A stretch of DNA of 49,783 nucleotides from assembly GCF_011745625.1 (NCBI RefSeq), contig NW_027191516.1, forward strand, positions 1-49,783, given 5' to 3'. The notes below the pieces were generated by a model. That model saw only the letters and a program-made list of their open reading frames with translations. It searched no databases and was not told the origin of the DNA. A program made the translations under genes and the position numbers. The first letter of the stretch is position 1. Every line of letters begins with the position of its first letter. The stretch is from Cladosporium halotolerans (taxonomy: Eukaryota). Shown one piece after another: positions 32,450 through 42,632 of the stretch.

Positions 32450-35400
32450 CACAATGTCCAGATGATATCGAGTCGAAAATCATTTAAATTAGGATTAATT
32501 TGTATGGCAGCGTCTAGCGTTAGGGTAAAATGAGATGTCGATATCATTTAGTCGATATCATTTTGAAGACGTGGCCGAAAAGTTGCAAGAACGTTACGAG
32601 TTTTAATCCGAACAGTTTCGTGCCCATCGGACCCAAAAAATTCGATGGATTCGGTATACAGCATAGCGATTTGGGTGTCGGAAAATGCCCCATGAGTAGA
32701 ATGAAGTTCCGTGAACGAGCCACATACGCCACAGTGTGGCGCAGCCATAAGCGCATTCGGACACAGAAACGTTTGGTAGCAAGTCTGAAAGGGGTATACG
32801 ATCCAGCCGTTAACGTGCCCAAAAAATCGCCGACCCACAATTCCGCCATGGAACAGTTCCGCACATTATCTATACATTGCCCAAAATACAGGGCAACAAT
32901 TCGTAAAAGATGCAGATTTGCGGTAATCCCCACGCAGGTGGAGGGACATATCAAAGCCAAACATGGCAGAACCATCAGTCGATCACAAGCCCGTTCGATC
33001 GCCGACACAGTCAGCCATATGTCGAATGTCGCGCGGACGCCCGAAGAGGTGGTTTATCCGGATTCGAGCAGCCAACCGGTCGAATGGATGCCCGTAGCGG
33101 AGGATGGACGGCGTTGCATTGTGACATGAGAAGGAGTCGTGTGTAATTATGTTTGTTGCCACAGAACCGGGATCCAGCAGCACTGCGAAAAGGAGCATGG
33201 GTGGAAAAATCCCCGAAAACAAGGCAGAAGACCCAAAAACCCCACCGCCGAGCAAGCGGCACAATTGTGGGAAGACAATCAGCCATGTCAAAGATTTTTC
33301 AAGACCGGTGAATGGCAGCGGTATTTCGCCGTCGCAGCCAAGCCAACAACGGTCGACATTATCGATAAAGAGACAGGAGCCGCGAAAGCCGTCGCGCAGC
33401 ACCGAGGAGGATATTTGAAAAGGTTGTTGGAATGGGTAGAGGAAGGCAAGAAAACAGAGATGAGCGAGCGACGAAGGTGCGAGGCCAGTCCGCGGTTGAC
33501 GCACACCGGTTGGGAGGAGCACATAGGAGTGCACAAGGAGTGGGCCGTACGGATGATACAGCCGTCGATCAGAAAAGAGGGTGAGACGGAAAGCCACACG
33601 CATCAAGCGCGAGGTAGGACGATGGATGCACGCCCGAGCCAGGAAACGGATTTACATAACGAACTAGGGATGCAGAAGAGTGAAGATGCATTGAAGAAGG
33701 CATGCGCAGCCACAAGCATTTTGATTCGGCGATTATTCAAAATCAGCCAACTGGGAATCGTTGACCGTGCAGCAATGGAAAACGTCAACCGTCGTGAGGC
33801 GGGAGCAACGAGCAACGACCGACCGTTTTATGGCAAGCAGAAGGTGCAGACGGTTCGTCGGTACGCGGACAAATTCGTCAAAGTTTTGCGATACATTTGG
33901 CGCACAGAACACATGGAAGACCGTCCGGAATACCGATTGACCCGTTCACAGCAGGCGAGATTGCAGGATTACCGTCGAGAGGCCGCGAAGACAAACGGCC
34001 AGAAAGACGAATCGATCAGAGTTGCATTGGTATTTTGGATTGTCGTGTTCGACCACAAATTAGGCGACCGTGAGTTTGACAGCGCAATTTTGAGCGGGTT
34101 GGCAGTGTTGGGAGCCGATAGTGACAACGGAGGGTGGATGCCCGCGATCAATTACACGCCCGCGTTGGCGGCCATCATCAGAACGATGCGAGCCATGGTC
34201 ATCCGCCGGGCGTGGTGCCAATGGAGACAGCATATTTCGGAACAGTCAGCCGCCGGCGTGCCCGATGACAAGGCGCGCGAAGAAGCACCAAGCGTGTTCG
34301 ACGGGGTAAAAGCGGCCGTCCACCAATTCATGACGTTGACGGTATTCGGCAGCCAACCCACGCCATTGAACACCGTTTACACGCAAAAGACGTACGGGAT
34401 GAAGATTCGATACACCGCCAAAGAGGAGGGGCAGATATCGTGGGAGGGGGACGAGACGATGTTGTGCCGCAAGATGAAATTCAATATGAGCGATGTCGGC
34501 ACCGTCGTCCACGGTTTGTTGAGCACGGCGCGGCAGAGGTTGATCGGAGAGTTGTTGATGTTGCCCGTAGCGGAGCGAGCCAATGCCAACGAATGGAAAC
34601 CTATCGGGTTACCACGGTTCGAATTGAAGCAGATCGCCGACAATCACAGTGTAATGGACAAGGGTTGGACTTTTTTCGCCGACGTGCGTAACGAGTGGGT
34701 GGTGGACGGAGCGACGTGGATGGGTCAGCGCGCGTTACGCGAACCGGGCATCGAGGCCAAGTTCATCAACGTCGACGAGGGGTTGGAAGACGGTTCCGCC
34801 GCCATCGATTGGAACAAGGACGCCGTGACGGATTATTTGCGTGCGGTCACGAGATTCAAGGAAGAGTTGATGGTATTGGTGCACATGTCGGCCGGAGCGC
34901 CCGCCCGATCCACCGAATTGACGAGCATCCAACGGGTGAACGGACAGAACGCGCGATCACAACGGGGCTTGTGTTCGTAGACAACGGATTGGTAGCGTTC
35001 GTGACGACATACCACAAAGGGTACAGCGCGAGCCAAAGCATGAAAAAAGTCCACCGGTTCGTACCGCGGGAAGTCGGCGAGATCGTCATTTATTATTTGT
35101 GGTTAGTCGAACCATTCGAGCGAATCGTCCAGGCCGGAGCCAATGGGCAGCAATCGTACAGTTCGTGGTTGTGGGAGCCCGCGCCCGAGGAGGATTGCCC
35201 GGACGAAGACGTGGAACATTTGGACGATGGAGACGATTCAGAACGCGAGGCGTGCCCGGCAAGCACAGATCAGACCGAAGACGACGTCGTAGACAATGAG
35301 GAGAACGACGAGGCCGCGGAAGGACATGGAAGCATCGTCACGAACCGACCACGCCAGAGGGCCCGTAATTGCGACGGATATTGGACGACCGATCGCACTA

Positions 35401-36374
35401 GGAGAGTGATGCAGCGCGAGACCGAGAAGCGGATTGGGGTACGCATAGGCATCAGCGATTGGCGACAGGTGTATCCCGCCATCCACCGCGAGTTCACCAC
35501 GGACAAGGAGACGTGTGGGGCGTTGGATCGCATGTACGACAACCGACAGGCGGCGCCCGATCCGGTGGCGGACGACAACATCGCGGTTATCCGCGCAAAG
35601 CAGTCCGGACACAGTTTCCAGATGGAAGAGAACATTTACGGCCGATCAGCACAGCAATCACCATTCGCCACAATCGCCGAGAAGGAGATGTTCCGTCGAG
35701 TGAGCAGCGATTGGCATCGATTTTTGTGGTTCCCGTCGGCGCGGAGCGACGAATCAGTCGACCGGGATGTTCGCAGACGCATCAAAAAAGAACGAGAAGA
35801 TGCCAAACGCAAATGCGGGCGATCAGCCCGTTGGCAGAGTTGCGGCGATTTTACGACAACCCCAGCGCCGAGTTCCGAGGGTTGCAAGGGGAGGCCTTGC
35901 AAGTGATCACCCAAGGTCACCCCCGAGTGGTCGTCGTGATGCGGAGAGGCGGCGGCGGCAAAAGTTTGTTGTTCATGTTGCCAGCGGCCGCGTCCAAGGG
36001 CGGGTTGACAATCGCGATCGTGCCGAAGCGGGCGTTGCAAGCCAATATGAGGCAGCGATGCATCGACGCCGGGATCAAATGCGCCGTATGGAGCGATGAT
36101 TGGGCACCGCCATACGACGCGCGCATTTTGTTCGCGATCGCCGAGTCGGCCGTCACGAAGACATTTGCGGATTTCATCGATTCCAGGAGCAGCACGCAGC
36201 GGTTAGAGCGGATGATGATCGACGAATGCCACACGATAATGCAGTCCACGGACACGTGGAGACCCAACGTGCGTGAGTTGCGGGCATTGGCCGGTTTTTC
36301 GACGCAAGTGGTGTGTTTGACGGCGACGTTGCCGCCGACAAAGCAGGCCGAGTTCATGCCCGCCATGGATAGCG
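32450..36374 (+). mobile_element. Putative tyrosine-recombinase + RecQ helicase mobile element, right part lost
   Basis: A sharply bounded CT-depleted block that cuts the ADAM remnant on its left, has repeated/inverted motifs at its left edge and encodes a YR-motif + helicase fusion. Mobility itself is inferred. Confidence 0.55.
32848..36374 (+). pseudogene. Telomere-linked-helicase-like gene: DUF3505-like Cys/His N-terminus + YR-like domain + RecQ-type DEAH helicase, disrupted
   Basis: The N-terminus has C..C..H..H clusters and CQRFF..RYFAV. The middle has GAPARSTEL, YHKGY, HRFVP, WRQ and QSGHS..Y. The helicase has FRGLQ, GGGKSLLFMLPA, IVPKRAL, IDECH and LTATLPP. Lesions: TGA at 33127, frameshifts at ~34970 and ~35810, truncation after helicase motif III. 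Confidence 0.85.
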
Positions 36375-37964
36375 CTGAGGTTCTCGCCGCTCCGGCTATA
36401 AGCGTGGGCCAACCGCCCGTCCACCATTTACCATCCACCTGCCAGGGTGCTGCGAGGCGGTCGTCGCATGAGCCGCTGCGTGCGCACTGGGCCCCGCAGA
36501 CGGCCACGTTGAGTGCTGACGCAACCTCCCTCTGAGGCATGTCAGCAGAGGCCGCCGGTTGGTTGCGCTGGCGGCGATGCCTGCTGCCCGCGCACTGCCG
36601 CCAAACATTCCGTTGCTCAGATCGAGGGCGTGCACCGTGCGTGGAGAGCTACGGGGGAAGGGATGGTCTGTCGGGTCTTGGGTCGGCAAACGTGCCGTCG
36701 CCGCCGCCATGCCGTGCATGCAATTGTACATGTAGCGCGCTCTGATGCTGCTTTTGGGCCTGCTGCTAGCCTGCTTGGCGGGCCAGCCCTCGACCGAGCG
36801 CTCCCAGAGCCAGACCCCGGCCCTGCGTGGGTTGGCGCCGACACGCTACTTGCCAGACTCCAGCCGGTCCACCGTCCACCACGCAGCCGGCAACATGGCC
36901 GCCGACGCAGGATCATTTGTCACTGCATGTCTGTGCCTGCGTGTTAGTCGCACCGTGCTCTCGTGAGATGCGTGCTGCGCTCAACCAGAGTACCTTACAC
37001 TCGCTCCTCGGCGCAGCAGCCCTACCTGGGTGTCACCGGCAGCAGGCGTGCCAGCACCGTGCCACTACCCTGCGTGCCTGGCCCGGGATCGCAGAACCCT
37101 ATGCCACGCGCTGCCGCCCGACGCGCCCGTAGTCTTCGAGGACAGCACCACGCTCGACCTCGCCGTTGTTCGCCATCGCTCATTGACGTCTGGCGCCTCT
37201 TCCCGCCGCTGCTTCTCGTCGCGATGCCGCCGAGCACGGCAGCAACCGACTTCCTCTGTGGCTTTCGGGCATGCCACCACCCCGGCAGCAGCGACGTGCC
37301 CCGGCGACTTGACTCTAGTCTACTATAACCTGCTGCGGATCTTGCGTCCATGCGGCAGGTGTCCTTGCGGTAGCGGCGCCCTGTTGTGGCTTGAACCATT
37401 TCCTCTGCCCGCCGTGACATCCTGCACACACTACCTTCCTGCTGCCCACGTACCAGCCAATCCATATCCCCGGTCGAGCTTGACCACTTCGCCCTCCCGC
37501 CGCCACTCGTCGACTTCACCTGCAATCCGAACTTCGCCGTCGCGCCCTCGCTGCAGCGGTAGTGCCCTGCGCGCCTTGATGTATCGAGTCTAGGAAGTTA
37601 TTGCTGTTCGGCACCTCCCGTCTCTGTATCTTTCCGGAGTGTATGCGTTGCGTCACGCCTGCCCTGAAAGCAGCTCGTCGCTGCAGCCATTTGCTGCGTC
37701 GAAAGTCCTGCGTGAGTGTGTCGATCATGACCATTGGAAGAGTTCGTCACGGACTAAAGACATCCCGGATCGACCGCTCACGACCACGTTCTTTTTCTGG
37801 GATCACTCGTAAGCGATTCTCCAGCTTCTCCAGCTCAGCCTGCGAGATTTCTCTACTTCGGCGCCACGCCCAAGCAGCATCGCTCGATCGACCTCAGTGT
37901 TGATAGCACTCGTGCGACAACACTGCGACTTGAGGGGACTCTCCACTTTTTAACACCTACTCAC

Positions 37965-38840
37965 GTGCCATCTGCCCAATCACCCAGCAGTGCCAATCAA
38001 GTTTCCTACGAGTCCTCGATGTCCTCCATCACCCTAAAGCCCACAGCCGCCAAGCGCGCCGGCAACCTCTGGCGAATGGACACGACAGGCGAGTACATCT
38101 CCGGCGAGGAAATGCTCAGCGGCTGGGCGCCGCGAGGCATCTCCCTCATCCGCGACTTCATCGACCTCCGCCGCCGCCAACGCCGCACGGCTAAAATCGA
38201 AGCCGCCCGCGGCGTCCTCAGCCTCGGCGCCCTCTCGCCCCCTTCGCGCCCAACTTCCACCGAGCAAACCCAACCGACCGAAACCCAACAAGCCCTCGCG
38301 CAGAAATTCCTCTCCCTCTGGCTCACGCCAATCCCCAAATCCGACTCCCTCCTCCTCCGCTCCAACACCTCTTCTCCCGAACCCACCACCCACCAGCGGC
38401 CCACATCCTCCTCCTCCCACTCCGCGAGCGACCACTCCCCGCCCCCCGCCCTCGCCGCCCTCGTAACCCACAACCGCAAAGCCCCCACCGTCCTCGAATC
38501 CGGCTGGCTGCTCGCGCCCGACGCCGCCGGCGCGCGCTGGATCAAGCGCTTCGCCGAGCTGCGCCGGCCCTACCTGCACCTGTACGCCAGCGACGGCGAC
38601 GAGGTCGCCGCCATCAACCTGACGAATTCGAGGATCGACGCGGAGCCGAAGGTCGCGCGGCTGCTGCAGAGGGAGAAATTGAGGATGGAGGTGTGGGCGG
38701 TGTACGCGGTCAAGAAGGCGTGGCTGTTTGCGTCGCGGAGCGATAGGGAGAGGGGGGGGAGTGGATTTGGGCGGTGGATAGGAGCTATGTTCCTAGTGGG
38801 GTTTGAAGAGAGCTACTGGGAGGGGAGGTTGATCGATTGA
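37965..38840 (+). pseudogene. Kinesin-3 (Unc104/KIF1-like) C-terminal tail fragment with PH domain
   Basis: GEYISGEEMLSGWAPRGISLIRDF and PH domain SGWLL...WIKRFAELRRPYLHLY...INL. The final PH helix EWIWAVDR needs a frameshift at the G8 run 38752-38759. No motor domain is visible upstream. Confidence 0.8.
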
Positions 38841-40699
38841 CTTGATATTCCATTATCCCGGTGTAGCCCCCTTACGGGTCCATGCGGGCTGTGGCTATGT
38901 ATGATATCAAGGAGGAAAACTGTGGTTTCCGGCATCAGCCTCCACCCGGGTGAAAACTCCTTCTGTGGTGATGAGTGACCGTTGCCCTGTTACAAGTGAT
39001 TCTGCAGTACAGTAAGAAGTTGCTGCGTCGAAAAGCTCTGTTCTCCATGTCTCCTGCAAAAGGTAGCGTGACTCTATTGTCGTGGTGAGACTGACAGTGC
39101 GTGGCGGGTGCGTGTACGAGGCGAGGCTGGCGTCCCCCCAGGCAATCCAGTCCGCCTGCGCTGCCCATCTCGATGTTCCCCCTCAGCAATTCGCTGGCTT
39201 ATGCTTGTCGATGTTCTTGTTTGTTGCGCCTGAAGCTAATCCTTACTTGACCCCCAACAGGGCAGGCCTTTCAAGCAGTGGAGTCTGTCCGTCCAGCATC
39301 CCTTCACGCATCCCCTCGTCGCGATATCCCGTGTACTATGGTTTTCAGATCCGTAGGCGGACCAGGGTGCCGTAGTGCTGCCGCCGCAACGAGCGCGATC
39401 TCGACGCCCGGGGACGTCTGTGCCTCTGGCATCGCCGAGACAGCGAGCATCTCCATGTCGCGGTAGCCGCGGAGCCATGGGCACAGCAGACGGAGGGATG
39501 CGTTCACCCAGCATGCACAAGAGGCCGACAGCCGGGCTTGGGGGCGACAAGCATGGCGATGCGCGGGCTTCACTGTTCTTCGCGCGCCCGCCGATGGCAA
39601 ACGCCAGCAAGCCAACAAGGCGTGTCGTCTGGCAGTGAGAAAACGTGCCGGAATAAGACACTCTGGTTGGCTCCAGAAACAAGGCCCTCTGCCCTAAAAA
39701 AATTGCGGATGCAGATCGCGTCTCTCTGCATGCAGGGCCCGGCTCCTCCGCAAGCCCGCGCCCATCGCTCGTCTGGCCCGCGGCAAGCGGCGAAGCAGGG
39801 CGTGGAGCCCAGTACAGACACCACGAACGACTGATCAACCCAGCCAGATACCGCCCGATGCTACCGGCCAGCGCCGCACGAACACGTGAAGATGGCCCGA
39901 GATCTTCAAGGGTCGTCCTGCAATTACAACGTCCGCCGGTGGCATACCAGCCGCGGCCTCCAGTGAGAGGCAGCGAGCCAGCAAGAAGAAAAAAATCCTT
40001 CATAACCGAAGACGCCGCCACCAACGCCCTGGCGCTCGCCTACAAAGCTTGGCCTCCTCTTGATCGCCACGGCGGGCACAGTCGCGTGCCCAGCTGCCCA
40101 AAGCAGTCGCCGAAGGTCGCGTGCTCACCTTCCCCAAGCGAGCAGTCGCGTTGAGCTGGCTAACTTCGCTCAAAACATCTGTGTGAAGACGCACATGCAA
40201 GTCGCAGGCACTGCAGTCCCGCCCCGAGAACCCACTTCTGCGCACGCCCGGGGTAAGTAGTGCAAACCAGGGACTACAGGCGCCCACTCACCGTCGCCTC
40301 CGCGTGCACGTGTGGGCGCCGTTCTGGCCTTTTCCGGGCGATCTAGGTTCGGACGGTGCGAGGCCAGATGCGAGGTGGTTAGGGGACCAGGGAGACTTAC
40401 CTAATCTGCCGTAGCAGCGTTTCATTTGCAGCTACCTTATGCAGGACAGTGGCCGTTTGGCGTCTTTTTGCAGGGAGACGCAGATCGGGTTCGTAGCTGT
40501 GACTGGTTTAGGCTCCGAGCCTTGGGCTGGGGCCTCGGTATCTGGTCGTATTGGACATTTGGGTGGACATTCTGTAGGAGATTTGGTCCGTCAGAATGGG
40601 CAGCAATGACATGCCGAGTGGATGCTGGATTTAGCCGGAAGAGTGCCGACCTGTATGGCTGCTTGGGTTGCATTGCTGTATGGTCAAGATGATTGCATT

Positions 40700-41933
40700 C
40701 TGCAGCGACGACGCCGGCATTTCGCTCGTCATTGTTTTGGAGCTGGCAACAGTTCTTGCGCTGCGTGACGAAGAAACTATCTCAACCCTTGGCCATCCGC
40801 GACGCGGAACATTTGCATCCTGTGGCTCTTAGCTGCGCGGTCTTCTACCCGCTGAGCTTGCTCCGCGCAAGCAGCGAACATGGCTACCTAAGGGAAGCCA
40901 CGGCTGTATTAGCAGCCCTTCGGAGCTGACGAACGAGCTAGCCTCCAGCCCGGACTTTTGGGGCTTTGCTACATATCCTGCAGCCGCACCCGAAGCGGCG
41001 GATCTGGCGTTCGACATTGCAGAGTCCGTTGCCACTGGCCAGCTGCTGGCGATTACTGCAGATGACTATGAGCGAGCGTTCAACGCTTTTGCCACGGCTG
41101 GTAGCGCTGGTGCCAAGTACGAGCAACAGCAGCGCGAACAGCCCGTCCGCAGAGGCCAGCAGCCACCGCCGGAGAAGAAATTCACAAAGAAGTTCGAAGC
41201 TGTGCCACGTGCTACCAATGCCTCCGGCATAGTGACGCAGCTTGCAAGCCGTGTGCCTGCGCTTATCGAGCAGTCCCACCTCGAGACACGCGAGGCTCGG
41301 AAGGCATACTGGTCGCCAATATTCCGCAGTCTTGTAACGCAGTGCGTCAACCCGTGCCGCGAGGTCCGCTACCATGCTTTCACCTCCCTACAGCGCTGTC
41401 GGCAGGCCCCAGGCCTGGCTTCTTCAGAGAACATGGAATGGATCAAGACCTTCGGCGAGGTCCTCTTCCTGCCGATCAACCAGCTGCTGAAGCCTGAGGT
41501 CTACCAGACCAACCCTCACGGCATCACCGAGATGCGCCTCCAGGCCTTCCAGCTCCTCTGCAAACCCTTCCTGGGCTACCTGACGCTGCTCAGCGAATGG
41601 GAGGGCATGGTCAACCTCTGGACGCACATACTAGGCACCATGAACCGCCTCATGAACAGCGGCCAGAGCAGCATGCTCGTGGAAGCCATGCCCGAGTCCC
41701 TCAAGAACGTCCTGCTCCGTCATGGCCGACTACCTCGCCCGACCGCCACCCACAGCCGACAAAGAATCGCGCACAGAGCAGCGAAACAACTCTGGTCCGA
41801 AATCTGGACGAGAAACGAGAAGTTCCTGCCAGGCGTGATGGCGGGAGCTTTTCCCCAACGCCAGCAAGGAGCCCGCGCCCGCGCAGGCGCCGAGCGACGA
41901 AGTGGCCAAGCTATCTGCGTCGGTGGACACTGA
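40700..41933 (+). pseudogene. GBF1/Gea-type Sec7 ARF-GEF C-terminal fragment
   Basis: YWSPIFRSLVTQCVNPCREVR, FGEVLF, LLKPEVYQ, LLCKPFL and RLMNSGQ..EAMPESLKNVLL. The upstream ~500 bp is degenerate in shifting frames and there is no Sec7 domain. Confidence 0.8.
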
Positions 41934-42632
41934 CACCGCGTCTTCGCAAGGTGCGGACGAACCCGCGCCTGCCACAGCTAAGTCGCAGGCTGCTTAGGAT
42001 GTGGTCGACCGCGCGTTGGTCCCGTGTCTACATCTCATGTAAGCATAGCGTTGGAGTTCATCGGGTTTTCGGAGTTACAAAGAAAGGGCAGGAGGAAGCG
42101 TTTCCTGATAGAGAGTGTGAAAAAGCCTCCGACTCGCTCGGATGTTTGATGCAATGTGACTTATCTGCTTGGCTTGTTTGCACTTCCATACGACACGCAA
42201 GCGTTCGTCGCCTTTCCGTCTCCCGTTCGTGTTTCTCCCGTCGCCCTCCCTTGCGGAAGAGGAAGTTTCGGCTTGCTCGACTTTTATAGGTAGGTGGTGA
42301 TACGTGGATGGTCTATTTGAAAAGTAAGGTAAGGCAAGGCAAACCGTAAGAGTTCTTGTTCCGCTCGCTAGTAAGTATACTCGGCCGTTCGTACTCCGTG
42401 ATCGTGCGGTATCATGCCTCGCTCAAACCGAACCAATTAGGCCTTTCTCCCCCTCTCCTCCAAAGTCCAAACGCAGCACGTCAAAGCGCCTCTGGACACA
42501 TGCACGGGACGTTAACTCATTTTTTTCACCCAGAAACGCCCCGTCCTTTGCCGTCGCGCTTTTTCCTTCTTCAAGCGCTACTTCTACACACAACCCACGT
42601 CCCGTGCGTTCCACCGCGAATTACGTCGTCGT

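Noticed and set aside
32848..35800. Starship captain (DUF3435 tyrosine recombinase)
   Set aside because: The architecture (DUF3505-like N-terminus, fused RecQ) differs from captains and I see no captain in this window. Membership of a larger Starship cannot be judged from here.
32450..36374. Alternative genetic code (CUG reassignment) as the explanation for missing CTN codons
   Set aside because: CT is missing in all three codon positions and in upstream non-coding DNA, and neighbouring genes use CTN codons normally.
38900..40700. Numerous overlapping ORFs, including 39236-40024
   Set aside because: Low-complexity Arg/Ala/Pro translations expected in GC-rich DNA, and no family recognised.
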